Of a stretch of 53,205 nt of DNA, positions 17,825 through 26,316 are shown one piece after another. The stretch is from the IMG/VR virus record IMGVR_UViG_3300025391_000020, positions 1 through 53,205 of that record, one strand, 5' to 3'. Source of the DNA: a virus (Duplodnaviria; Caudoviricetes). Below the pieces are notes generated by a model that saw nothing but the letters and a program-made list of their open reading frames with translations, had not been told where the DNA came from and ran no database searches. The stretch's first letter is position 1. Each line of letters starts with the position of its first letter. Position numbers and translations under genes: made by a program.

Positions 17825-18304
17825 ATGTCTAAAAAATTTATATCAACAAAAGAATATTCACATTTAGCCCCAGTGGCATATCGTCAATGGAGGGCCGACA
17901 GTCATTGTAATCTTGTCCATGGTTACGCACTATCATTCAAATTTGAATTTGAGTGTGATGACCTTGACGCCCGCAATTGGTGTTTTGATTACGGTGGTTT
18001 ACGCCCACTCAAGGACTTTTTAGAAGAACACTTTGATCATGTTCTACTATTGGCTCAAGATGATCCGCACTATGATACCATCAAGCAGTTAGGTAAATTA
18101 GGTTTGGCAAAAATTACAGAAGTAGAAAAGACTGGATGCGAAGGCATTGCAGATTTTCTATATGAGTATGTGAATACTATCTTCTTGCCAAGTTGCGGTA
18201 AGTATGAAGCAGACCGAGTTTGGTGTTCAAAAGTTGAAGTCAGAGAAACTCCATCAAATATGGCCTATCGCCAGGGTCACCGCGAAGACGGCGAGTTTAT
18301 TTAA
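17825..18304 (+). CDS. queD: 6-carboxy-5,6,7,8-tetrahydropterin synthase (QueD/PTPS)
   Basis: CNLVHGY, FDH, EVRET motifs. Confidence 0.9.
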   Translation: MSKKFISTKEYSHLAPVAYRQWRADSHCNLVHGYALSFKFEFECDDLDARNWCFDYGGLRPLKDFLEEHFDHVLLLAQDDPHYDTIKQLGKLGLAKITEVEKTGCEGIADFLYEYVNTIFLPSCGKYEADRVWCSKVEVRETPSNMAYRQGHREDGEFI

Positions 18305-18998
18305 GGATTACTTTATGTCGGCAATTTAAGTGGTGCCATCTTTTATAGTTGCCTGCACTTAAATTTCCTGTATTGCAGTGCTCGCAAACATATTTTTTAG
18401 CGTTTAGTTTTTCGGCATTTTGTTTGTTTAATTCAATTTGTAATTTTCTGGCACTAGATATTTTGGTTGCGAGCTCCGTTCCTTTTATTTTAACTCCGTA
18501 CCGAGGGTTCTTTTCACCTTTACTATGCCCTATGTCATTAAAAGTTTTTGATCGTTTAGCAGATGCCGATTTGGATTGCATATTCTTTACAAATCTTTCT
18601 GCCATTGACTTCTTAAAAGTTAGATCTGAATCCATATGTAGTCGTCTACTTTCATGACTACATTTCCATGAATCTTGAGAGTATGTATCAGTTGATATTG
18701 CCCTATTATCAGTTTTGTTTAGCCAGTCATCTTTTTTAACTGCGCCTACTCTCTTTAGGTATTCGTGCTCAAATATAAGACATTCTTCTTTACTTACAAA
18801 AGTTCTGTGAATTACAATAATATCTGGCGGACCAAACTCTTTCCAATGTTGTTTAGTATACTTAGATGATGTTTTATATTTGTGTGTTAAAATATTCTGA
18901 GGATTGGCATTCTTGCCATGTTGGCACCCGTAATATTTCATTTTTGTATTTGACCACATTAGAAAATAGGTATACGGAGAATTAGAATAAATATTCAT
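18297..18998 (-). CDS. free-standing GIY-YIG-type homing endonuclease (Seg-like) with NUMOD3-like and C-terminal Zn motifs
   Basis: PYTY...KYYG, Y.TSS, E, WLN nuclease pattern; GEKNPRYG; CEHC...NYKRWH..NC. Confidence 0.8.
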   Translation of the reverse strand: MNIYSNSPYTYFLMWSNTKMKYYGCQHGKNANPQNILTHKYKTSSKYTKQHWKEFGPPDIIVIHRTFVSKEECLIFEHEYLKRVGAVKKDDWLNKTDNRAISTDTYSQDSWKCSHESRRLHMDSDLTFKKSMAERFVKNMQSKSASAKRSKTFNDIGHSKGEKNPRYGVKIKGTELATKISSARKLQIELNKQNAEKLNAKKYVCEHCNTGNLSAGNYKRWHHLNCRHKVILK

Positions 18999-19062
18999 GC
19001 TGATAGTTCCTTTACAACTGTTAGAGTTCCTGGGTTTGGGAGAACCGCGAGGAACACTTTTA

Positions 19063-19097
19063 TTGACACAAGACTTTTTTGTGTTATAATTATTTAT
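19063..19097. promoter_or_regulatory. overlapping sigma70 promoter (+) and TAAATA late promoter (-)
   Basis: TTGACA-16nt-TATAAT on +; ATAAATA on - at 19091-19097 upstream of the endonuclease. Confidence 0.65.
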
Positions 19098-19115
19098 CTG
19101 AATTTAGATTTTTAT

Positions 19116-19196
19116 ATGAACAAAATACTAACTAAACAATCAAACATGGCATTCCGTGAAGGTCACAGAGAGTGGGGAGAGGATTTACTATCATGA
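19116..19196 (+). pseudogene. displaced queD 3' fragment re-started as a 26-aa mini-ORF
   Basis: MNKILTKQSNMAFREGHREWGEDLLS vs queD end SNMAYRQGHREDGEFI. Confidence 0.75.
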
Positions 19197-19534
19197 TAAA
19201 ATATAATACTCGCGACATTGGTGGAGAAATCGTCAAAGACAACGAAACTTATGTCCTTAAAGATAACAAAACACTAAAGAATTTAGTTCTTAGTTCGACC
19301 ATGTTACGTAGAGGTATGAGTACCAGAGGACATCGTCACCCCGGTCAAGAAGAAGTCTATTTCTTTGTACAAGGTTACGGTAAAATGATCGTCGGTAATG
19401 AAACTGATGATCCATTTAATGTAGGCCCCGGAGATGTTATACTAATTCCAGATGGTGCTTTTCATCGTGTTATTAATGATGGAGATACTCATATGTTATT
19501 TAATTGTGTGTTTGATGGTAACAGAAACCATTAA
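19193..19534 (+). CDS. cupin domain protein (ManC-like cupin_2)
   Basis: HRHPGQEEVYFF and IPDGAFHRVIN cupin motifs. Confidence 0.9.
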   Translation: MIKYNTRDIGGEIVKDNETYVLKDNKTLKNLVLSSTMLRRGMSTRGHRHPGQEEVYFFVQGYGKMIVGNETDDPFNVGPGDVILIPDGAFHRVINDGDTHMLFNCVFDGNRNH

Positions 19535-19694
19535 ACGTTTCTGGAGATTATGGGCCAAAGCACTTGGCAGTAAAGCAGGCGATACTGATCAAGAAGCTGA
19601 TTATATCGCTTGCTTTCGCACGTTAATTGTGCTATCATATATTATAACAAATTGCTTTATAGTAGCAGGTGTTATTCGCCACTGGAATCAATAG
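19515..19694 (+). CDS. small membrane protein
   Basis: WRLWAKALG.KA...TM...IRHW. Confidence 0.65.
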   Translation: MVTETIKRFWRLWAKALGSKAGDTDQEADYIACFRTLIVLSYIITNCFIVAGVIRHWNQ

Positions 19695-19876
19695 TGAAAA
19701 AAATAATTGGTCGTATATCAAGTGAAACGTTATTTTATCTAGGACATTGGATTAGTTTTCCAATGTCCTGGTTTGATTGGGTATGGCTATATCCTACTTA
19801 CAGCCGACTAATGTGTTGGAGTTGTGATATACAAGATTGGGCAGGAAACAATAAACCTTGGGAAAAAATGGAATGA
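19694..19876 (+). CDS. hypothetical Trp-rich protein (GTG start)
   Basis: fills the gap, coupled to neighbours. Confidence 0.5.
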   Translation: MKKIIGRISSETLFYLGHWISFPMSWFDWVWLYPTYSRLMCWSCDIQDWAGNNKPWEKME

Positions 19877-20820
19877 AAAAAGTATTAGTAACAGGTGGTG
19901 CTGGCTTTCTAGGAAGTCACTTATGCGAAAGATTGGTCAAACAGGGACATCATGTTCTTTGTGTTGATAATTATTTTACAGGTAGTAAAGAAAATATTGT
20001 ACCATTATTACAATATTCAAACTTTGAAGTTATACGACAGGACGTATGCTTTCCTTTGTACGTAGAAGTAGATGAAATTTATAATCTAGCCTGTCCTGCC
20101 AGTCCATATTATTATCAATGGGATCCAATTCAGACTATGAAAACATCTGTTTTAGGTGCTTACAATATGTTAGGACTAGCCAAACGTACAGGTGCCAAGA
20201 TCTTACAAGCATCAACCAGTGAATGTTATGGTGATCCTACTGTACATCCACAACCAGAATCATATTGGGGAAATGTAAACCCAATTGGTATTCGTAGTTG
20301 TTATGATGAGGGCAAACGTGCCGCTGAAACTCTGTTTATGGATTATTGGCGTACACATTCTGTCAAGGCTAAGATTGTTCGTATTTTTAATACCTACGGC
20401 CCAAGAATGGCAGAAGGTGACGGACGAGTTGTCAGTAACTTTATTGTGCAGGCGTTGAAAGGTCAGCCAATTACAGTTTATGGAAGTGGAGAACAAACCC
20501 GCAGTTTCTGTTATGTAGATGACTTGCTCGATGGTATGATGAAGTTTATGGCCAATGACGATGATGAATTCATTGGTCCGGTTAATATGGGTAATCCTGG
20601 TGAATTTACAATGAATGAACTTGCTCAAAAGGTCATTGAACTTACAGGTAGTAGTAGTTTTATACTGCAAAAGCCATTACCAAAAGATGATCCAAAGCAA
20701 AGACGTCCAGATATTACATTGGCCAAAACAAGATTAGATTGGGAACCGACTATCGATTTAGCCACAGGACTACAGAAGACGATTGATTATTTTAAATCTA
20801 AGGGTCTTACCAATGTTTGA
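19873..20820 (+). CDS. UDP-glucuronic acid decarboxylase (UDP-xylose synthase)
   Basis: [42 protein letters not shown]. Confidence 0.92.
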   Translation: MKKVLVTGGAGFLGSHLCERLVKQGHHVLCVDNYFTGSKENIVPLLQYSNFEVIRQDVCFPLYVEVDEIYNLACPASPYYYQWDPIQTMKTSVLGAYNMLGLAKRTGAKILQASTSECYGDPTVHPQPESYWGNVNPIGIRSCYDEGKRAAETLFMDYWRTHSVKAKIVRIFNTYGPRMAEGDGRVVSNFIVQALKGQPITVYGSGEQTRSFCYVDDLLDGMMKFMANDDDEFIGPVNMGNPGEFTMNELAQKVIELTGSSSFILQKPLPKDDPKQRRPDITLAKTRLDWEPTIDLATGLQKTIDYFKSKGLTNV

Positions 20821-21379
20821 TATAAATGTCAATATTAATAAAAAATTGTTCATCGTAAATGATTTTTATACTGATCCGGATTCTGTAAGAGAATACGCAT
20901 TAAAACAAGAATATGTATCAGATTTGAGATACTATAAAGGCCTTCGAAGTGTAGGAACATATTTGTTTCCTAGACTCAAAGAAACATTTGAAGAAATAAT
21001 TGGTAAACAAATATTTGAGTGGGAAAAAGGACCAAACGGATGTTTCCAGATTACCAACGCTGAAGATCCTCAGGTATATCATTTTGATTTCCAAAAATGG
21101 GCTGGAATGATTTATTTGACTCCAAATGCACCTATCGAAAGTGGTACAAGATTGATGCGTAGTCGACTCAATCAAACAAGCCATGCCGACGATTCTAATA
21201 TCGATCAAGCATTTAATGGTGGTTTTTTAGATTCAACTAAATTTGATATTGTTGATTGTGCTGGAAATTTATATAATAGATTGGTTATTATGGATGCACA
21301 AACTATACATTCTGCTGGTCCATATTTTGGTCAAAGACCCGATGACGGTCGATTAGTACAATTATTCTTTTTTAATTAA
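20813..21379 (+). CDS. 2OG-Fe(II) oxygenase-like protein (DUF6445-like)
   Basis: [14 protein letters not shown]...[26 protein letters not shown]. Confidence 0.75.
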   Translation: MFDINVNINKKLFIVNDFYTDPDSVREYALKQEYVSDLRYYKGLRSVGTYLFPRLKETFEEIIGKQIFEWEKGPNGCFQITNAEDPQVYHFDFQKWAGMIYLTPNAPIESGTRLMRSRLNQTSHADDSNIDQAFNGGFLDSTKFDIVDCAGNLYNRLVIMDAQTIHSAGPYFGQRPDDGRLVQLFFFN

Positions 21380-22648
21380 ATGATTAACTACAAATTTAGT
21401 ATATTCACAGGCGAGCACGATCCTGGAAATATTCCTTTTTTATTAGAACTCTACGAATCTATATTAGCACAAAGTTACCAAAACTGGGAATGGATTATAC
21501 TAACTAACAATGAATGTAGGCCTGATAACATTCCAGAACTTATAAGGAATGATAAAAAAGTATCAGTAATTGATTATCGAGGCCCATCAAAGAATATCGG
21601 CATGATTAAAAAACAAGCCTGTAATCATTGCAGGGGTGATATTTTAGTCGAAGTCGACCACGATGATTTAATTACCACTGATTGTTTAGAAGAACTTAAT
21701 CAAGCATATCAAGATCCTGAAGTAGGATTTGTATATAGTAAAGATGCTATGTATGATATGAATAACGATTTTGTACCATTTAATACAGATAGTGGCTGGA
21801 CACACAGCAAATATACTTTTAGAGGCCGAGATCTATGGGTAATGAACAACTGGCCACCTAGTAGTCATACCTTTGCTTATATATGGTATAATCCAGATCA
21901 TGTAAGATCATTTAGAAAATCAGTGTATATACAAATAGGCGGATATGATGAAACTGCATTTGTCGGTGACGATCATGATTTATGTATTAGGTTATATCTA
22001 TCAACTAAGACAATCAATATAGATAAAGTTCTTTACATATATAGAATAACAGGTAAAAATACTTCAATCAGTAAACGAAACAATGAAATACAAATTAAAA
22101 CCAAAGAATTGTATATCAAATATGCACGAGATTTAGCCAATCGAGATGCTGAATTAAAAAATTTACTTAAAATTGATCTCGGAGGTGGCCTAAACCCAAC
22201 CCCGGGATATAAAACTATTGATCTACGCAACACAGCCGATATTGTTGCAGATTTAAATAATCGTATTCCGTTACCGGATAATTCGGTAGGGGTTATAAAT
22301 GCCAGCCATATTTTAGAGCATCTTCATGATAAAAACAAAATCATGGAAGAAATTCATAGAGTATTAGTTCATGGAGGATGGGCATTTATTGATGTTCCTA
22401 GCACTGATGGTCGAGGTGCTTTCCAAGATCCGACTCATGTTAGTTATTGGAATGAAAATAGTTTTTTATATTATACCGATGCAAACTTGGCTAATTTTAT
22501 AGATAACAAAACTGTTCGATTTCAAGAATATCACAAAGATACTTATTATCCTAATGATTGGATGCGTAGTATTCAAAGTTTGGTTACCAGTGTTAGTCTA
22601 GTAGCCGTAAAAGACGGACCTCGGTTGCCAGGAGTTTTAAGAATTTAA
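21380..22648 (+). CDS. GT2 glycosyltransferase fused to class I SAM methyltransferase
   Basis: EVDHDD, GGYD, DDHDL; C-terminal IDLGGG, SHILEHL, QDPTH. Confidence 0.85.
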   Translation: MINYKFSIFTGEHDPGNIPFLLELYESILAQSYQNWEWIILTNNECRPDNIPELIRNDKKVSVIDYRGPSKNIGMIKKQACNHCRGDILVEVDHDDLITTDCLEELNQAYQDPEVGFVYSKDAMYDMNNDFVPFNTDSGWTHSKYTFRGRDLWVMNNWPPSSHTFAYIWYNPDHVRSFRKSVYIQIGGYDETAFVGDDHDLCIRLYLSTKTINIDKVLYIYRITGKNTSISKRNNEIQIKTKELYIKYARDLANRDAELKNLLKIDLGGGLNPTPGYKTIDLRNTADIVADLNNRIPLPDNSVGVINASHILEHLHDKNKIMEEIHRVLVHGGWAFIDVPSTDGRGAFQDPTHVSYWNENSFLYYTDANLANFIDNKTVRFQEYHKDTYYPNDWMRSIQSLVTSVSLVAVKDGPRLPGVLRI

Positions 22649-22664
22649 TTATCAAAGGTTTAAT

Positions 22665-22838
22665 ATGACTAGGAAAACTTGGACAATTACTCTAGAAGAA
22701 GATCCAGAAACTGGTGATCTCATTCTTCCATTACCAGAAGATTTTTTACAAGGGCAAGGTTGGATAGAGGGTGATACTCTAGAATGGATAGATAATAAAG
22801 ATGGGTCGTGGACTATAGCAAAGGCCAAAAGTGAATAA
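22665..22838 (+). CDS. AbrB/MazE-like small protein (57 aa, absent from ORF track)
   Basis: GDLILPLPEDFL...GW.EGDTLEW swapped-hairpin pattern. Confidence 0.65.
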   Translation: MTRKTWTITLEEDPETGDLILPLPEDFLQGQGWIEGDTLEWIDNKDGSWTIAKAKSE

Positions 22839-23022
22839 TACAGAAATTCAAAAACGCATGGCTGAACTTATGTCTCCAATTAATCAACAGATTATGATGT
22901 GTGATGATCGAGAAGACCTTTTGATGATGGCTTCATGTATGATGGTTACAGTAAAGGATATATTTGATCAAGAACTCGGAGAAGAAGGCCGTAGACAAAT
23001 GTTTAAAGATATGTTAAAATAA
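22831..23022 (+). CDS. hypothetical protein
   Basis: operon ORF. Confidence 0.65.
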   Translation: MNNTEIQKRMAELMSPINQQIMMCDDREDLLMMASCMMVTVKDIFDQELGEEGRRQMFKDMLK

Positions 23023-23046
23023 TAATACTACATAAGGAGTGCAAGT

Positions 23047-23214
23047 ATGAGTTATGATGCAAAAGCAGTCAAGGTTCCCAAAAGTGTTAAGCGTGTTGCG
23101 GCACAGTATATCGATCCTCATCAGCGAGGTGCTTTTATCAAGAGTTGGGTAAAAGTATTAGAAAATGGTAATGCTAGTCGTGGAGCACGCCGCGATAGAA
23201 AAGATGCTAAATGA
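23047..23214 (+). CDS. small basic protein (55 aa, absent from ORF track)
   Basis: strong SD TAAGGAG; ATGA overlap with uvsE. Confidence 0.65.
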   Translation: MSYDAKAVKVPKSVKRVAAQYIDPHQRGAFIKSWVKVLENGNASRGARRDRKDAK

Positions 23215-24239
23215 TCGCCCGGATCGGATTTTGCTGTAAATGGATTGATACATTAGAGCAATGTGACGGCATCAAACCCACAGATGATGCTCGTCAATAT
23301 AACACAGGTAGCACTACTGTTGCCTGGCTCGGTCGGCAAACTGTAGATGTAGCTGAACAAAAACTTTGGGACTTGATGGTTAGTAACATTGAGTCAATTC
23401 GTAAACTTGTAGAAAGAGTAGGTACGCTAGATGAGCACTTACGTATGGTCCGTATTGGCAGTGATATACTGCCTGTGTACACTCACCGTGATTGGATGTA
23501 TTTTTGGCGCAGGCCTGATGTCGTGGCCTACTGCGAAAAATACTTTAGAGAAGTGGGTGATCTCGCTAGGCTACGGAATGTCCGCCTTAGTTTCCATCCT
23601 GGCCAGTTTACTGTCCTGGCATCAGACAATCCAGATATTGTCGACAGAAGTATAGAGGAGTTCGAATATCATGCTGACATGGCCCGTTGGATGGGTTTTG
23701 GACAAAAATTCCAAGACCTTAAAATCAATGTACACATCGCAGGTCGTCAAGGCCCCCAAGGTATCAGGCTGGCCTATGGTCGATTGTCACCCGAAGCTCG
23801 TAACTGCCTCACAATTGAAAACGAGGAGGTAAGTTATGGGTTGGATGATTGCCTTAGCATTAGTGATGTGGTTCCTATCGTTTTGGATATACATCACCAT
23901 TGGGTTAAAACAGGAGAATACATCTCCCCCATGGACCCCCGTGTTGATCAGGTGGTTCAGTCTTGGCGTGGGGTTCGGCCTACTATGCATTATTCTGTCA
24001 GCCGTGAAAATGTACTTGTTAATCACAGCACCGTAGACAAACCAGAAATGTCCATCTTACTAGAACAGGGCTACAAAAAGGCAAAGCTCAGAGCACATTC
24101 TGATCTAATGTGGAATACCACAGTAAATGAATGGGCGCTGAGCTTTTTAGGTACACATGATATTATGTGTGAGGCCAAAGCGAAAAATCTTGCCAGCTTC
24201 GCCTTAGCCAATCAGGCTAAAGAATTAGGCCTTCTTTGA
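23211..24239 (+). CDS. uvsE: UV DNA damage endonuclease
   Basis: RIGSD, RLSFHPGQF, INVH, IENE, LDIHHH, HSD, EAKAK. Confidence 0.92.
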   Translation: MIARIGFCCKWIDTLEQCDGIKPTDDARQYNTGSTTVAWLGRQTVDVAEQKLWDLMVSNIESIRKLVERVGTLDEHLRMVRIGSDILPVYTHRDWMYFWRRPDVVAYCEKYFREVGDLARLRNVRLSFHPGQFTVLASDNPDIVDRSIEEFEYHADMARWMGFGQKFQDLKINVHIAGRQGPQGIRLAYGRLSPEARNCLTIENEEVSYGLDDCLSISDVVPIVLDIHHHWVKTGEYISPMDPRVDQVVQSWRGVRPTMHYSVSRENVLVNHSTVDKPEMSILLEQGYKKAKLRAHSDLMWNTTVNEWALSFLGTHDIMCEAKAKNLASFALANQAKELGLL

Positions 24240-24536
24240 ACGAGTAGTTGTTGTAGTTTTCTTAGCAGGTGCCTTGGGCTTTGCGGCCTTAGGTGCCTTT
24301 TCAACTTTAGGCTTGCGTGGAGCACGTGGCTTCTTAGCTGGAGCTTCTTCAACCACAGCAGGTGCTGGTGTTTCAACAACTGGTTCTGTTACAACTACAG
24401 TTTCTTCTTTAGATGCAAATTTAATACCGTTGTCAGAATAGGTTTCTGCTTCAACTACTGGTTGTGCAGGAGCTTTACGATTGTACCAAATTGCAACACC
24501 GATGGCTATAATGATAATAGCAATAATTAATTCCAT
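24225..24536 (-). CDS. membrane-anchored Lys/Pro/Ala-rich protein
   Basis: N-terminal TM, histone-like basic tail; SD AAGGA and TAAATA upstream on -. Confidence 0.75.
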   Translation of the reverse strand: MELIIAIIIIAIGVAIWYNRKAPAQPVVEAETYSDNGIKFASKEETVVVTEPVVETPAPAVVEEAPAKKPRAPRKPKVEKAPKAAKPKAPAKKTTTTTRSKKA

Positions 24537-24587
24537 GATAGGATTTCCTTTATAATGTATGTTTATTTAAGTCGCAATAAATACCAT

Positions 24588-25160
24588 ATGCAAAAAAGTT
24601 TACCTGAACTAAAACAGTTGATCATAGAAGCTGAAACTCGCAAAGAACATCTGGTCCTAGAAAAACTACCCTTTGAACGAGACGCACTTGAACCAGTAAT
24701 GAGTCAAGATACTATCGATTATCACTATGGAAAATTAGCCAAAGGCTATGTAGATCGTTACAATAAGGGCGAAGGAGATCCGGACTTTAATAAAGCCGGT
24801 GCGTTTTTACACAACATATTTTTCCCACAATTAAAAGCACCTAACGGCAGTAATAAGCCCTATGATGCCAGTGAAGAATTTATTAATAAGCATTTTAACA
24901 ATTTTGATGCCCTTAAAGCAGAAGTTGAAGAAGTGGCTATGAAAATACAAGGTAGTGGATGGGTCTACCTTGCCCGCAATGGCAAAATCAAAACTATTGC
25001 AAATCATCAAATACGCCAAGATATAGTGCTACTTATTGACTGGTGGGAACATGCTTTCGCTTTGGATCATCAAGCAGACAAGCAAAAATACTTAAAAAAT
25101 ATATGGAGGATAATTGATTGGTCAGTGATTAATGACAGAATTAGTACAAAAACTAGCTAA
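24588..25160 (+). CDS. Fe/Mn superoxide dismutase family protein
   Basis: ALEP, DYHYGK, FLHNIFF, QGSGW, DWWEHA. Confidence 0.9.
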   Translation: MQKSLPELKQLIIEAETRKEHLVLEKLPFERDALEPVMSQDTIDYHYGKLAKGYVDRYNKGEGDPDFNKAGAFLHNIFFPQLKAPNGSNKPYDASEEFINKHFNNFDALKAEVEEVAMKIQGSGWVYLARNGKIKTIANHQIRQDIVLLIDWWEHAFALDHQADKQKYLKNIWRIIDWSVINDRISTKTS

Positions 25161-25199
25161 TTTTGTCTGTGTATGTTAAACTCTTAATGGAGAAAAAAT

Positions 25200-25421
25200 A
25201 TGTCCAACAATGTAGTAGCAACTGTAGAAGTTGAAGAATTTGAAGAAACTGAAGATTTTGGCAAGGATGATTATGGTTTTATCCTTGGACCCGATGGAGA
25301 ATTAAAAACATTTATGATCCCCGAACACTTAATGGAGGATCCGCCAGAAGAGGTCCTGGCAATTTTAAGTATTTTTGGTATTGATAATATCAATGATTTA
25401 GAAAATCCCACACTGCATTGA
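25200..25421 (+). CDS. acidic hypothetical protein
   Basis: SD GGAG. Confidence 0.7.
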   Translation: MSNNVVATVEVEEFEETEDFGKDDYGFILGPDGELKTFMIPEHLMEDPPEEVLAILSIFGIDNINDLENPTLH

Positions 25422-25433
25422 TGCCATTTGAGG

Positions 25434-25486
25434 TAAATATCTCTATACGTAGATCGTAAGTCACGATAATTTTATGGAGATATTTA
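25434..25486 (+). promoter_or_regulatory. late promoter forming the 5' arm of an RBS-sequestering hairpin
   Basis: TAAATATCTCTATA pairs with TATGGAGATATTTA. Confidence 0.7.
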
Positions 25487-25487
25487 A

Positions 25488-26303
25488 ATGGTCACAAGAA
25501 TACAGCTAAGACGAGATTCAGCCGCAAACTGGACATCCACCAACCCCATCTTAGATCAAGGCGAACCCGGTTATGAAATCAGTAGTTCTGGTAGCCTTGG
25601 CAATTTAAAGATAGGTGATGGGGCATCAAGATGGACTCAGTTGCCTTATCATAGCGGACCAGATGTTCCTATTCCTATACCAATTGCAACTCAAGCACAG
25701 CTGGGCGGTGTAATACAAGGTGATGGTGTATTAGTAGGCGGTTCTGGTATACTTACATTAACTCCTGCTAGTGGTTCTACCATCGGTGGTGTTACATTAG
25801 GACCAGCGTTTTTTGCTTATCAAACACAGGCACAAAATATAACATCATTGACTACCGCAACCGGAGTTGGTCATATTGTGAATATTGTTAAATATGATAC
25901 AACAAAATTCAAAACTGTTGATCAATCTACCTTTGACAATGCTGGTAATTTTACTCCATATCGCACAGGATACTATCAGGTTAATGCTACTGTAACTATA
26001 GCTACCGGTCCTGCAACACCAGCAGGCCAAACTTCTGCCATAGGTTTAGGTATTAGTGTAAATGGTGCAGGATTATCTGGTGATAGTTTATTTAATCAAA
26101 TAGTTGATTTTAATTTAATACCTGGAACATTTGGAGATACTACTGCAATGTGTTCTACTGTAGTAAAAATAACAAGTCATACAGATACCATACAAGCTGC
26201 CGCTCAACTAGCATTTTCTGATAGTAGTAGTCATACTGCTCAAATAAATGTTACAAATACAAGTAATTCAACTCTTAGTGTAGTATTTTTAAGAGATTTA
26301 TAA
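25488..26303 (+). CDS. tail fibre/receptor-binding protein with Mtd-like N-terminal domain
   Basis: RIQLRRD...W...NP.L..GEPGYE...LKIGDG...W..LPY; C1q-like C-terminus. Confidence 0.8.
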   Translation: MVTRIQLRRDSAANWTSTNPILDQGEPGYEISSSGSLGNLKIGDGASRWTQLPYHSGPDVPIPIPIATQAQLGGVIQGDGVLVGGSGILTLTPASGSTIGGVTLGPAFFAYQTQAQNITSLTTATGVGHIVNIVKYDTTKFKTVDQSTFDNAGNFTPYRTGYYQVNATVTIATGPATPAGQTSAIGLGISVNGAGLSGDSLFNQIVDFNLIPGTFGDTTAMCSTVVKITSHTDTIQAAAQLAFSDSSSHTAQINVTNTSNSTLSVVFLRDL

Positions 26304-26316
26304 AAATAAAAAAAGT

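Larger units (their letters stand above)
18254..19139. mobile_element. homing endonuclease insertion carrying a replacement queD 3' end
   Basis: queD C-terminal peptide duplicated on both sides of the endonuclease; boundaries approximate. Confidence 0.7.

Noticed and set aside
18254-19139. Group I intron in queD
   Set aside because: queD is complete with its own stop, the endonuclease is antisense, and the ~120 nt non-coding part is too short for a ribozyme core
22665-23022. Toxin-antitoxin pair (AbrB/MazE-like plus next ORF)
   Set aside because: The downstream 63-aa ORF shows no recognisable toxin motif (PIN, MazF, RelE)
25488-26303. Diversity-generating retroelement suggested by the Mtd-like N-terminus
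   Set aside because: No reverse transcriptase and no TR/VR pair differing at adenines seen; the Mtd-like part is only the N-terminal anchor
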